Source: Longimicrobiales bacterium (GTDB taxonomy: Bacteria; Gemmatimonadota; Gemmatimonadetes; Longimicrobiales; Gaopeijiaceae). From it: a DNA stretch of 64,000 nt. The translations under genes and the position numbers were made by a program. Within the stretch, counting starts at the first letter, position 1. Each line of letters starts with the position of its first letter. This document shows positions 53,973-64,000 of the stretch, piece by piece. Location: the NCBI GenBank assembly GCA_965197725.1, contig CBDANQ010000059.1:106005-170004 (forward strand). The letters are read 5' to 3'. The notes under the pieces are model-generated. The model was not told the DNA's origin and ran no database searches. It saw nothing but the letters and a program-made list of their open reading frames with translations.

Positions 53973-54056
53973 CGTGAAACATCGCAAAACGCCCCGGCCA
54001 GGAGCATCCCTGGCCGGGGCGATGCGCGATCTGGTATCGCGCTGGCGTCCGTCGTG

Positions 54057-56759
54057 CTACAACTCGTACTGCAACTTGAGCATAGCGATGCGGCCGATCT
54101 CAGGTGCACCGATGAACTCCTGGTGCAGGTTCCCGAATGCGTTGTTCAGCGTAAGCGACACGACGAATCCGGAGTAGCCGGGAACTCGGTAGCCCATGTT
54201 CAGGTCGACTACCCGGAAGCCCTCTACCTCGCCCACGTAGACGCCGGAGTTCATCGGGAAGCCATCACTGAGCCGCACCCGGCCGCCGATGTAGGCACCC
54301 ACCACTTTGTTGTCGAATAGGATGCCGATCGAACCCTTGTTGGCCGGTGCGTTCAGCGCGACGTCTCGGCTGCTGCCGCAGACGCCGTCCTCGTCGAAGT
54401 CGAAGCACTCCTTGCTCATGTGCGAGTAGGATCCGGTGAACGTGGTCCGTGACGAAGCGTGCCACTCGAAGCCGACGTCGGCCCCAACGAAGTCCACGTC
54501 ACCGAAGTTGCGGTACGTCAGAACCAGGTCGGAGCCGGTCCTCTGGTCGGGCGCGACCGTTCCGAGGGGAACGCTCGCCGCGGTGGGCGCGATTCCCGCG
54601 GCGATCTGACTCGCGAAGGCCACTGGAATGCCCACGCCCGTGAGCCGCCCGACGAGGAAGGACGCGACCGATGCGCCATCCAGGAACACACTCGGCGTTT
54701 CGACTCTCAAAGGTCCGACGAAGTCATTGATCTTCGTATAGTAGCCGGAGGCCGCGATACGGAGGTTGCCGCCGATCAGGCCGTTGTAGCCTACCTCGTA
54801 TGTATTCGTAATCGTCGGCTTGAGCCGCAGCACCTGCGACGCACCTGGATCCGGCAGGAAGGGGATCTCCGGATTCTCCGAGTTGAACCGCAGCAAAGTC
54901 GAGCTGAGGTCGCCGGCTCCGGGACTGCCCACGATCGTCGCGAACGACTCGGGGGTCAGACCGAGCAGCGGCAACGTTGCCAGCAGCGTAGGATCAGTCA
55001 GGGCAAGAGGAACGACCACGGCGTCCCAGAGAGCCGCCCCCGTTGCCGGGAGCTGTACGCCGGGCGCGAACGGCGAGTACATGCAGTGGTTGTTCACCCC
55101 CCCCGGGCAGGTGTTGTCGAACGTGAAGCCCGACCTGGGCACGCCCAGCGTACGCACGTCGTAGCTGACGGTCGGCGTGAGCGGTACGCGACCTGCCACG
55201 AGGTCCAAGAACAGGTTGTTCGTGGTCGGCGTACCAAAAGCGCGATTGTAAGTCGTGCGCAGGCTGTGGCCGTCCGCTGGAGTGAAGACGAGTGCGGCAC
55301 GCGGCGAGAAGACCGCGTCCTCCAGGTGCTCGTGGTCGTCCACCCGTAGCGCGGCCACGAAGTTCACCCGGTCGCTGAGCCGCGTGGTGGTATGCAGATA
55401 AGCACCCATCTCGGTCGTCTGGTCCATGTCCTCGTTCAGGCCCGTGATCGTGCCCAGCGTCACCGGATTCGTCTTGGTGTAGTCGTAGCCCACGACCCCG
55501 TCGATCCGACTGCCCAGCGTCAGGTTGTATTGGATTTGCGCGGCAAGGACGGTGGACTCGTCCACGATCGACTGGCCTGTCCGCAGCAGGTAGGTGTCAC
55601 CCGAGTCGCTGCCATTGAAGAAGACCTGAGCGAAGAGAGCGCCCCTGCGCAGCTGGGCCTGGCCGAACTGGTACTTCCAGTTCCGGACCTGACCCGCTCC
55701 GATACCGGTCAACTCGACCGAACTGACGAGCTGGTTGAGCCCGTAGGTGAGGATGATCTCGTCGTCCTCGCTGTCCCAGGGCCGGAAGTCCGCCCGGGCC
55801 TCGATGCTGTACCGCTCCGAGTCATAGTTCCGGTTCCCGATGAGGGTATCACCCGGGTTGTCTTCTCTGGCGGCAACCTCGACAGGGTCGACGTAGGTGA
55901 AGTCGTCACCACGGAAGTATTGCCCGGAGATTTTGAAGCCGACATTCCGCTCCTGGTTCGCCCACGACTGTCGGAAGACACCCTGGACGAGGCTGCGGCT
56001 GCCACCGGCCATGCTCAAGGAGGTTCCCGGGTCGTCGATCGGGGACTTCGTGATGATATGCATGACGCCATTGGCGGAGTTCGGCCCGTATAGCGCGGCA
56101 GCCGGGCCGAGCACGACCTCCACGCGTTCCACGTCGAGCGGCGTCGCCGCCACCATGTTGTATGCGTTGAGGTTGATCGACGGCACCCTGGCGTATCGGT
56201 TGTCCGTCAGGACCAGCAACGCGCCCGAGAACACGTTGTTGAAGCCGCGCGCCACGGTGTTGCTCTGGAAGATGCCTGTCTGGATCGCGTCCACTCCCGG
56301 CTCAGCCCTGATGTAGTCGACCACCGTTGTCACGCTCAGCTTCTCGATCCTCTCGGCGTCCACGGTGACGACATGGGCAGGCGCGAGGTCCGTGCGCTCC
56401 TTGCGTCCGCGGCTCACCGTGACGTTGACGCCACGCAACCTGACCGCGGTCGATATCAGTTCGACCGTGACGGATTCGCCCGCCTGCACGCGCCCGATTC
56501 GCTGCGTCTCGAATCCGATCAACGAGACCACGATGGAGTAAGCGCCGCTCGGTACGTCGATGCTGAAGTTGCCTCGGGCATCGGTCAGGGAGCCGCTCGT
56601 GCGGCCGACCACCGTCACTTCCGCTCCCGCTGTCGGCTGGCCGTTCGCGGCATCGACGACTTGCCCGGAGATGGTCTGCTGCGCCGCGGCCGGCGCTGCG
56701 AGGGCCAGGAATGCCGCGAGCGAGAGCCCGAAGAAACGGGTCACTCTTGAGCACGTCAT
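54057..56759 (-). CDS. TonB-dependent receptor with an N-terminal carboxypeptidase-regulatory-like domain
   Basis: Signal peptide; [10 protein letters not shown]; plug [20 protein letters not shown]; beta-barrel ending LQYEL. Confidence 0.95.
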   Translation of the reverse strand: MTCSRVTRFFGLSLAAFLALAAPAAAQQTISGQVVDAANGQPTAGAEVTVVGRTSGSLTDARGNFSIDVPSGAYSIVVSLIGFETQRIGRVQAGESVTVELISTAVRLRGVNVTVSRGRKERTDLAPAHVVTVDAERIEKLSVTTVVDYIRAEPGVDAIQTGIFQSNTVARGFNNVFSGALLVLTDNRYARVPSINLNAYNMVAATPLDVERVEVVLGPAAALYGPNSANGVMHIITKSPIDDPGTSLSMAGGSRSLVQGVFRQSWANQERNVGFKISGQYFRGDDFTYVDPVEVAAREDNPGDTLIGNRNYDSERYSIEARADFRPWDSEDDEIILTYGLNQLVSSVELTGIGAGQVRNWKYQFGQAQLRRGALFAQVFFNGSDSGDTYLLRTGQSIVDESTVLAAQIQYNLTLGSRIDGVVGYDYTKTNPVTLGTITGLNEDMDQTTEMGAYLHTTTRLSDRVNFVAALRVDDHEHLEDAVFSPRAALVFTPADGHSLRTTYNRAFGTPTTNNLFLDLVAGRVPLTPTVSYDVRTLGVPRSGFTFDNTCPGGVNNHCMYSPFAPGVQLPATGAALWDAVVVPLALTDPTLLATLPLLGLTPESFATIVGSPGAGDLSSTLLRFNSENPEIPFLPDPGASQVLRLKPTITNTYEVGYNGLIGGNLRIAASGYYTKINDFVGPLRVETPSVFLDGASVASFLVGRLTGVGIPVAFASQIAAGIAPTAASVPLGTVAPDQRTGSDLVLTYRNFGDVDFVGADVGFEWHASSRTTFTGSYSHMSKECFDFDEDGVCGSSRDVALNAPANKGSIGILFDNKVVGAYIGGRVRLSDGFPMNSGVYVGEVEGFRVVDLNMGYRVPGYSGFVVSLTLNNAFGNLHQEFIGAPEIGRIAMLKLQYEL

Positions 56760-57023
56760 GCGCCTAACTCCTTGGTTCGGATAAGCGACTGAAGTACAGG
56801 GGCGAAATTACATCGGATTCCTGGGGGGCGCCAAGGAAATGTTACGTAGGTTGGGTTGGGCTGTGACGTAGGTGGTCGATACATCGTTTGCTGGCGCGTT
56901 GGCGGTCCAGACGTGGCGGTGGGCTCGCGGAGCGGTCGTTCGTAACTATCTTGCAGGTCTACCTTCCCTGGAAGCGGGTGTATGTAGTCGTCTGACTGCG
57001 TCGCCCGTAGACACCACTCCACG

Positions 57024-58487
57024 ATGAGCTCCTCTTTGCGGCCCCGCCCCCCGCTACTACTCGCGCACTCGTACTACCTCGCGTACGACGAGAAGCAGAC
57101 GCGGAAGATGAAGCCGTACGCCCCGCTCGGGACGCTCGTCACGGCCGCGCTGGTGAGAGAACGCGGCCACGAAGTCGAGTTGTTCGACTCGATGTTGGCT
57201 CCGGGGGTCGAGGCGTTCGAGCAGATGCTGGACGACGTCCGCCCGGACGTCGTGGCCATCCTCGAGGACAACTTCAACTTCCTCACCAAGATGTGCACGC
57301 TGCGCATGCGACGCGCGGCGCTGGAGATGATCGAGGCCGCGCGGTCTCGTGGCTGCACGGTCGTCTTGAACGGCTCGGACGCGACGGACCGCCCGGAGTT
57401 GTACCTCGATGCTGGGGCGCACGCAGTGATTCTCGACGAGGTGGAGGAGACGTTCGCTGAGCTCGTCGATGTGTTGACGGCGGATCCGGGAGCGGACCTC
57501 GGACATGTGGCGGGACTGGTGCTCCTTTCTGCATCCGGCGCCGGATCGAACGGTACTGCACCAACCCCCGTCCGTACTCGTCTGCGGACGCGGCTGACCA
57601 ACCTGGACGCGCTGCCCTTCCCGGCCTGGGATCTGGTCGACGTGGAGCGCTACAGGGCGGCATGGACCGGTGCACATGACCGCCTGTCGTGGAACATGGC
57701 GACCTCGCGTGGCTGTCCTTATGGGTGCAACTGGTGCGCAAAGCCTGTCTTCGGTCGGCAGTATGCTCAGCGTAGCGCCGCCAACGCCGCCGAGGAGCTG
57801 AGCCACTTGCGTGAGCAGGTGGCGCCCGACCACGTGTGGTTTGCCGACGACATCTTCGGGCTCACGGCAGGCTGGATCGAAGAGTTCGCGGAAGAGGTCA
57901 CGAAACGAAGCGCACGGACGCCGTTCACGATCCAATCGCGAGTCAACCTGATGACCTCGCGTTCGGTCGCGGCGCTCGACGAGGCCGGCGCCGAAGAGGT
58001 ATGGCTTGGCGTCGAGTCCGGGTCGCAGCGGGTCCTCGACTCGATGGAGAAGGGGACCCGCATCGAACAGATCCGCACGGCGACGCGTTTGCTCAAGGCT
58101 CAGGGCATCCGGAGCTGCTGGTTTATCCAGCTTGGCTACCTCGGTGAGACGCGAGCGGACATCGAAGCCACGCGGGCACTGATCTTGGACGAACAGCCGG
58201 ACGAGATCGGCGTGTCAGTGTCGTATCCGCTCCCGGGCACGCCCTTCTACGATACCGTACGGGCCCAGGTGGGTCGCAAACAGAATTGGGAGCACACCGA
58301 CGACCTCGACATGCTCTTCCACGGCACGTATACCGCCGACTTCTACCGCCGCGTGCGCGACCTGCTGCACGGCGACGTGGATGCATACGGGGGCGGCAAC
58401 CAAGTCTTGGACGCGCGGTGGAACCAGTTGTGGGCTCGTGAGACGGAATTCCTGAACCCGGTCGAGGTTGTGGAGTCGCGGAGCTAG
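57024..58487 (+). CDS. B12-binding domain radical SAM protein
   Basis: N-terminal PLG...FD B12-binding region; SRGCPYGCNWC; FADDIF; GVESGSQ; YPLPGT. Confidence 0.93.
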   Translation: MSSSLRPRPPLLLAHSYYLAYDEKQTRKMKPYAPLGTLVTAALVRERGHEVELFDSMLAPGVEAFEQMLDDVRPDVVAILEDNFNFLTKMCTLRMRRAALEMIEAARSRGCTVVLNGSDATDRPELYLDAGAHAVILDEVEETFAELVDVLTADPGADLGHVAGLVLLSASGAGSNGTAPTPVRTRLRTRLTNLDALPFPAWDLVDVERYRAAWTGAHDRLSWNMATSRGCPYGCNWCAKPVFGRQYAQRSAANAAEELSHLREQVAPDHVWFADDIFGLTAGWIEEFAEEVTKRSARTPFTIQSRVNLMTSRSVAALDEAGAEEVWLGVESGSQRVLDSMEKGTRIEQIRTATRLLKAQGIRSCWFIQLGYLGETRADIEATRALILDEQPDEIGVSVSYPLPGTPFYDTVRAQVGRKQNWEHTDDLDMLFHGTYTADFYRRVRDLLHGDVDAYGGGNQVLDARWNQLWARETEFLNPVEVVESRS

Positions 58488-59581
58488 CCGCGACGCTCGA
58501 AGATCACCTTCCGATGCCCGTCGATCCGATGCACGAGGGGTAGTGCCCGCTCGAGGACCGATTCCGCGGTGAGCCCCTTCAGGCACGGCGGTGAGCCCTT
58601 CCGGCAAGACCCGTCCATGCACGTGCCGTCCGAGCGTTGGCAGACGTCGATGCATTCGGAGTAGTTCCCGTGAGGGCTCGCCCACACCGCACGACTTGCG
58701 CCGAACAGACCCAGCGTCGGCACGCCGGCGACCCACGCCATGTGCATCAGGCCGGAGTCCTCGGAGAGCACCAGCCGAGCACGCGATACCACCGCGAACG
58801 CCTCGGCGGCCGTGGTCTTCCCAACCAGGTGCAGGAGTCTGTCACCCAGGCGCGCCTTCAGCGTGTCCGCCTTGGCGGCGAGTGACCGCAATCCGAGCAC
58901 GACGAACTGAGAATCGGGTTGGGCTCGGGCAGCCCACATGTTTGCGAATTCCGCACACGAATCGAGCGGCCAGCCCCGGTCCTCGAACGCGCCCGCAGGG
59001 TTGAGGACCACCAAGTCGGTCTCGCCGTCCCAGCCCACGTCGCGGAGCGCGGCCAGGCCGGCGTCGGGGTCGGCTAACTCGAGGTCCGGGTAGACGTCGA
59101 GCGGGCCCAGGCCGACTGCTTCGATCGTCTTTCGTGTACGCTCCCCCGCGAGTTGGGGCGAGAAGCGATCGAACTCGCTCCACGCCACCGGCCGGAGGAC
59201 CGAGCGGACGAGCCGGCTCACACGGTTCCGCTGGAGGTCGAGTACCACGTCGTACCTCTGCCGACGTAGCTTGGGCAGAAGCATGAGAGCGCTGAGAAAC
59301 TGCAAGCGTGTGTTTCGGCCCCCGCCGATCTCAAACACTTCGTCGAAGAGCGTCACGCACTTCGGGACGTCGGCGACCTCCTCTCTCGTGAGGAAGTCGA
59401 GGGTGGCACCCAGCGGCTGCGCGCGCCGGAGCGCGCGCAGATAGGGCAGGGTCAGCACCGTGTCTCCCATCGCCTGCAAGCGAATGGCGAGGATGCTGGA
59501 CGGCGCCTCGGTTCCGACCCACTCTTCGGCTCGGATCGCCTCCGCGGCCGGGGCGTTGGATCGCTGATCCGGACCGCTCAA
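58484..59581 (-). CDS. Glycosyltransferase family 9 (heptosyltransferase-like)
   Basis: IRLQAMGD, YDVVLDLQ, LNPAG...W, EDSGLMHMA, LFG. Confidence 0.9.
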   Translation of the reverse strand: MSGPDQRSNAPAAEAIRAEEWVGTEAPSSILAIRLQAMGDTVLTLPYLRALRRAQPLGATLDFLTREEVADVPKCVTLFDEVFEIGGGRNTRLQFLSALMLLPKLRRQRYDVVLDLQRNRVSRLVRSVLRPVAWSEFDRFSPQLAGERTRKTIEAVGLGPLDVYPDLELADPDAGLAALRDVGWDGETDLVVLNPAGAFEDRGWPLDSCAEFANMWAARAQPDSQFVVLGLRSLAAKADTLKARLGDRLLHLVGKTTAAEAFAVVSRARLVLSEDSGLMHMAWVAGVPTLGLFGASRAVWASPHGNYSECIDVCQRSDGTCMDGSCRKGSPPCLKGLTAESVLERALPLVHRIDGHRKVIFERRG

Positions 59582-60555
59582 GGTGCTCGTTCCAGCTGGT
59601 CGAACATCTGCTGCAGGAAGGGGATGAGGTCGTGAGGTGTGCCGGCTACGGCCAGGCCCCAAGCGCCGCGTTGTGCGACACGGATGATCCGGTCGCGCAG
59701 CGTGGCGGCGTAAAGGTCGTAGCCCTGTTCCGGTCGGGACGTCACGTCGTCAGCGGCCTGAGCGGGAGTGAGTTGGGCGAGCTCCGGCGTTGCTCCCTCG
59801 CCTCTCCGGAGCAGGCATAGCCCTACGCGGTCCGCGTGCCTGTGGGCTGGATCCCCCGCTTCCACGAGGATCTTCGTCTTCCCGTTCGGTAGCGTAGTAG
59901 CCTGGAGACCGCCCAACTCGGGGAAATGAGCGCGGGCCCCCGGAGAGGGCCGGATCGGCGAGGTCCGGCACCAGACGCGCAGATCGGGCTCCATCTGTAC
60001 GTACACGGGCTCGTCGCCCAGCACCATGAACCCGTGTCGCTGGGCCGCGTACGTGAGGGTCGTTTTCCCCACTCCACTCGGGCCAGCGAGCACGAGCGCG
60101 ATGTCGCCGCGCTGGATCGCGGCCCCATGAACCGGTTGGCGGTCGAGGGCGCCCAGCAGAAACAAGGTCAGCGGCTCGAGCACGCCCTCAATCAATGCCG
60201 CGGGGCGGGCCACGAGCGAGGCATCAACGTAGGCGATCGACTGAAGGCGGATCGTGTCGGCAACGCCGAAGCTGGAGGGCGCAGACACCATGAGCCGCGT
60301 CGGGTCGGGCACTCGGTAGGTGAATCCACGAGCGTCACTGTCGCCTCCGCGCCCCTCCTGGAGAACAATCTTCACCTCCGCGGCGGAAGGAGACACGAGG
60401 TCGGAACTGTCTGCGATCGCTCGCCAAGCTCCGTAGCACTGTTCGATCGCGGCCAGGACCCCAGGGGCATTCGTGGAAAAGAGCGTCTCGACTCCAAGGA
60501 CCGGCAACGTCACGGTGTGAGGGCATGGCACGTCTCGATAGAGCTCATCGGTCAT
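59578..60555 (-). CDS. HPr-kinase-like P-loop protein
   Basis: VHGAAI...LAGPSGVGKTTL...LGDE. Confidence 0.8.
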   Translation of the reverse strand: MTDELYRDVPCPHTVTLPVLGVETLFSTNAPGVLAAIEQCYGAWRAIADSSDLVSPSAAEVKIVLQEGRGGDSDARGFTYRVPDPTRLMVSAPSSFGVADTIRLQSIAYVDASLVARPAALIEGVLEPLTLFLLGALDRQPVHGAAIQRGDIALVLAGPSGVGKTTLTYAAQRHGFMVLGDEPVYVQMEPDLRVWCRTSPIRPSPGARAHFPELGGLQATTLPNGKTKILVEAGDPAHRHADRVGLCLLRRGEGATPELAQLTPAQAADDVTSRPEQGYDLYAATLRDRIIRVAQRGAWGLAVAGTPHDLIPFLQQMFDQLERAP

Positions 60556-60668
60556 GCGTGCCTCGGGCGTGAATGGCCACCGCGCGCTTGCGTTCCTGCG
60601 GAGTGCCGTCAAGATGGACCATCTGACGGCCACTCACTAGCCGGACGTTCTCACCTCCGACCAGGACG

Positions 60669-61781
60669 ATGACGGAAGTCACAGACGCGGACATGCGAAC
60701 CGGCGCGCGGGTCGGGATGACGATCACCGCGGTGATTCCGACGCGAAACCGCCGAGAGAGTCTCAAGCGCGCCATACGCGCGCTCGCCCGCCAAACTCGT
60801 CCGCCGGATGAGGTGATCATCGTCGATTCGAGTGACGAGCCCGAGGACGAGCCATGCGACGAGGCGGAGCTCCCGAGTCTCGCTCGCGGAATGCGCGTCG
60901 CGTACGTGCGCACCGAGCCGGGCGTCTGCGGCCAGCGGAACATCGGGATACGCGTCGCCAAGGGATCGCACGTCTTCCTCTGCGACGATGACATCGAGGC
61001 GGGCCCCGAGTACCTGGTGGCGATGGCTCGGTACCTCGAGCAGCATCCCGATAGGGGCGCGGTGACCGGAATCCTCGATGAGCCGGGTGCTCCCAGCGTG
61101 GCGGGCGGCGCGTTTCCGGTGCCATCGGTCCGGCATCTGCTCTTCTCGTTGGTCTTCCAACTCGACGTGAGCGCGGACGTGGAGGCCGCGCAGCCGACGC
61201 GGATGACGGCGCTGCCGTTAGCTGGAATCAAGAGGTGGTATCGTCGCCGAGGGAATGGCTGGTCGCTCGCAGGATGGCCTCTGCTCACACAAGTCAGCGG
61301 ATCCTCCCGCACGAGCGGATCTGCGGTGTCGGTGGCGATCTACGGGCTGGGCGCAGCCCTCGTGAGGCGTGACTGGTTGCTCGCTTCCCCCTACGACGAA
61401 CGACTCGGCCCGCACGGCATCGGCGACAACTACGGGGTCGCGATCGGCTTCCCTGGTCCGTTTCCGGTGTCGCTGCTCCCGGATCTTCCCGTGCTTCATC
61501 ACAGGGAGTCCGAGAACAGGCTCGACCACGCCGAAGCGTACTTCCAGCGAGTGCTCGCGCTCGACTACTTCGTGCGCACGAGCGACCGATTCGGGCGCTG
61601 GACGCCGGCTTGGCTGGCGTGGTCGCTGCTGGGAAACGCGGCGCTCTTCTCTCTCCGGGGTCGAGCCGACCTGGCGCGTCGCAGTCTCCACGCACTGAAG
61701 CTGATGGTGACGTCGCGCAATCCGTTGCTCCAGCCCGCTCCGACCGTACCGGAAGCAGTGGCGAGTCACCCAGCGCCGTGA
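60669..61781 (+). CDS. Glycosyltransferase family 2
   Basis: VIPTRNR, IIVDSS, RNIG, LCDDD. Confidence 0.92.
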   Translation: MTEVTDADMRTGARVGMTITAVIPTRNRRESLKRAIRALARQTRPPDEVIIVDSSDEPEDEPCDEAELPSLARGMRVAYVRTEPGVCGQRNIGIRVAKGSHVFLCDDDIEAGPEYLVAMARYLEQHPDRGAVTGILDEPGAPSVAGGAFPVPSVRHLLFSLVFQLDVSADVEAAQPTRMTALPLAGIKRWYRRRGNGWSLAGWPLLTQVSGSSRTSGSAVSVAIYGLGAALVRRDWLLASPYDERLGPHGIGDNYGVAIGFPGPFPVSLLPDLPVLHHRESENRLDHAEAYFQRVLALDYFVRTSDRFGRWTPAWLAWSLLGNAALFSLRGRADLARRSLHALKLMVTSRNPLLQPAPTVPEAVASHPAP

Positions 61782-63298
61782 GAATCGGTCTCGTCGTTCC
61801 CGGCGGTGTCGATCGCGGTGGGCAGCACCGCGTCATCCCGGCGGTCTTGTGGTTGATCGAGCGACTCGCGCGTAGCCACGACGTCCAGGTGATCGTGCCC
61901 CGTCAGGAGAACGAGCCAGGGGTGTGGGACCTGCTGGGTGCGCGAGTACACAACATCGGCGTCGGCTCGAACCGGTGGCGGCTTGGCGCGGTGGGGACGC
62001 TGCTGCGGCTTCATCGCCAAAAGCCGTTCGACGTCTTCCACGCGCTGTGGGCGAGAGGTCCTGGGGAGGTCGCCTTGGCCGCCGCCGAGCTGTGCCGTCG
62101 GCCGCTCTTGGTCCACGTAAACGGCGGGGAATTGGTCGGGCTGCCCGACGTCGACTTCGGCACACGGCGGGCTTGGGTCCGGTCGCTGGCGCGCTTCGTC
62201 TTGAGACGAGCCGACGTCGTGACGGTGCCGAGCGACGCCATGCGCGAGCTCGTTTTGGGCGCAGGCGTCTCGGCGAAGCGCGTGCCGATGGGCGTCGACA
62301 CGACCTGCTGGACTCCGGAGCCACCTCGTCCTAGGGACCGAAATCGTCCCGCGCGTCTCGTGCATGTGGGGAGCCTCACGCCGGTCAAGGATCACAACAC
62401 GCTGCTCCGGGCGGTGGCGTTACTCGCGGAGGAGGGTGTGGCGATCCACGCCGATCTGATCGGCCTCGACGCGCTGGAGGGTGCTGTGGAACGCACCGTG
62501 CAGGAGCTCGGTCTGGAGACACATGTGACGGTACACGGCTTCCTCCCACAGAACGAAGCGATGCCTGTGGTGCGGGCGGCGGACCTCATGGTTGTGGCCT
62601 CGCTTCATGAAGCGGGCCCGGTCGTGATCTTCGAGGCAGCGGCGGTCGGAGTGCCGACCGTGGGGACACCGGTTGGATTCGTTCGAGACTGGGCGCCGGA
62701 ACGTGCCGTGAGCGTCCCGGTGGCTGACCCGCGAGCTTTGGCGGACGCGATTGGCGACTTGCTGGAGGACGAGCCCCGCAGGCTCGCCATCGCGGAGCGG
62801 GCTCAGGCGGCGGCGCTGCGGGAGGACGCGGACTGGACGTGCGGGCGCTTCGAAGAGCTCTACGCGCGAGTGGTCCACGATGTCCGCTACGTCGCGACCG
62901 GGGCGCCCGTTCTCTTCGGGGCGGTACGGTCCAAGTCGGGCCTCCGCTTGACCGAACAGGACGCCGCGGCGTTCCGTCACGGTGTCGAGCACGCGGGAGC
63001 GGACGGCGTGGTCACGGTGGCGTCGGTGTCCGGCGGCACCGACCCCGGGGGCGTCATCGAGGCGCTGACAGACCTCGGGGTCACGCTCGAGATGCACGAC
63101 GCCTCATTGCATGCCTTCGGTGCCGCGGTCGGAGCCGCCGCCCGGGGAGGCGTCGTTGTACTTGTGATTCGAGCCGGCCATAGTACGAGATCGCACACCG
63201 CACGGGCGGCGCGACTCATCGAGGAGGCCGGAGGCCGGGTAGCGGGTACGATCGTGGTGGCGGACTCGAGTCCCCGGCTGGAGGCGCTATGGGCGTAG
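61778..63298 (+). CDS. Glycosyltransferase family 4 with a C-terminal degenerate CpsD/CapB(Wzc)-like extension
   Basis: VGSL..VK, SLHEAGPVVIFEAAAVGVP.V; tail GAPVL..., VVLVIRAG.STR.......IEEAGG.V.G. Confidence 0.85.
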   Translation: MRIGLVVPGGVDRGGQHRVIPAVLWLIERLARSHDVQVIVPRQENEPGVWDLLGARVHNIGVGSNRWRLGAVGTLLRLHRQKPFDVFHALWARGPGEVALAAAELCRRPLLVHVNGGELVGLPDVDFGTRRAWVRSLARFVLRRADVVTVPSDAMRELVLGAGVSAKRVPMGVDTTCWTPEPPRPRDRNRPARLVHVGSLTPVKDHNTLLRAVALLAEEGVAIHADLIGLDALEGAVERTVQELGLETHVTVHGFLPQNEAMPVVRAADLMVVASLHEAGPVVIFEAAAVGVPTVGTPVGFVRDWAPERAVSVPVADPRALADAIGDLLEDEPRRLAIAERAQAAALREDADWTCGRFEELYARVVHDVRYVATGAPVLFGAVRSKSGLRLTEQDAAAFRHGVEHAGADGVVTVASVSGGTDPGGVIEALTDLGVTLEMHDASLHAFGAAVGAAARGGVVVLVIRAGHSTRSHTARAARLIEEAGGRVAGTIVVADSSPRLEALWA

Positions 63299-63960
63299 CG
63301 GATGTCAGGGAAGTACCGAAGGAGGGTGTGTGGGAGGTGATCAGGCGACTCTGGGACGTCGTCGCGGCCGCCGGGCTTTTGCTCGTGGCTCTGCCAATCC
63401 TGATTCCCGCAGCCGTGCTCTTGCTCGTATCGGATGGGCGCCCGGTCTTCTTCGGTCACCGGCGGATCGGTCGCGGAGGCAAGGCCTTCAGGTGCTGGAA
63501 GCTGCGCACGATGTCAGTGGACGCGGAGGAACGACTCCGGGGAGACATCGAACTGGACCGACTCCACCGCGAGAACGGGTTCAAGCTTCCGGCGGAGCGC
63601 GATCCTCGCATCACGCCCGTCGGTCGGTGGCTCCGTCGTCGGTACATCGACGAGATCCCGCAGCTCGTCAACGTCATTGGGGGAGACCTGTCCCTCGTCG
63701 GGCCGCGCCCCGTGGTGGAGGAGGAGCTCGCACTCTTCGGCGACGGGGTCGGGGAGCTGCTCCAGATTCGGCCCGGCATTTTCGGTGCGTGGAACTCGCT
63801 CGGGACTGACCGTCCTGCGTATCCCGAGCGAGCGCAGGTCGAGCTTGACTACGTACGCAATCGAGGGATATCGACGGACATCGAGATCCTCGTGCGCTCG
63901 GTTCGGTCGGTCCTTCAGGGCGAACCGACTCCGTGCACTCCTCGTCGCCGTCCGGAGTGA
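63289..63960 (+). CDS. Priming sugar transferase (undecaprenyl-phosphate glycosylphosphotransferase domain)
   Basis: RRLWDV, F.CWKLRTM, DPRITPVG, DEIPQL.NV..GD.SLVGPRP, RPGI.G. Confidence 0.93.
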   Translation: MGVADVREVPKEGVWEVIRRLWDVVAAAGLLLVALPILIPAAVLLLVSDGRPVFFGHRRIGRGGKAFRCWKLRTMSVDAEERLRGDIELDRLHRENGFKLPAERDPRITPVGRWLRRRYIDEIPQLVNVIGGDLSLVGPRPVVEEELALFGDGVGELLQIRPGIFGAWNSLGTDRPAYPERAQVELDYVRNRGISTDIEILVRSVRSVLQGEPTPCTPRRRPE

Positions 63961-64000
63961 TCGACAGTCCGGGGGTCCAGGACGATGCACGCACGCTCCG

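Overview
High-GC bacterial chromosome segment, most likely Gemmatimonadota. This is inferred from the ribosomal proteins, the Ser/Thr-kinase remnants and the integrase style, and was not verified by search. The window has three parts. (1) Positions 1-8251 hold the end of the spc/alpha ribosomal cluster (rplR-rpsE-rpmD-rplO-secY-adk-map-rpmJ-rpsM-rpsK-rpsD-rpoA-rplQ, a hypothetical gene, rpmB). There is no infA, and a palindromic MITE-like insert sits between rpmD and rplO. (2) Positions ~8.3-50.6 kb are a decayed, IS-saturated accessory region built around a tRNA-Ile(GAT) integration hotspot. It contains 3 full and 1 partial copies of one IS3, a second IS3, 3 copies of an IS1182/IS5-like element at CTAG, IS256, IS21 and IS110. 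It also contains remnants of at least four tyrosine recombinases, a deleted SNF2-helicase/DUF499 defence locus and many gene fragments. (3) Positions ~51-64 kb hold Bor-like lipoproteins, a cytochrome c, decayed prfC and rsmD, a TonB-dependent receptor and a surface-glycan cluster (B12 radical SAM, GT9, HPr-kinase-like, GT2, GT4 fusion, priming sugar transferase). The strongest signals are: an IS110 whose 3' non-coding end has two tandem guide-like units, one matching its own insertion site; a 2.7 kb mini-island that splits a small tyrosine recombinase and would restore it in frame on excision, next to an acidic phage-like gene and a telO-like palindrome; an island bounded by a duplicated 5' half of tRNA-Ile that supplies the tRNA promoter; a promoter/terminator-bounded ~75 nt sRNA divergent from a nucleotidyltransferase-like gene; and a dif-like site. 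Single-base frameshifts, even in rpsM, indicate some assembly error. The large deletions look real.
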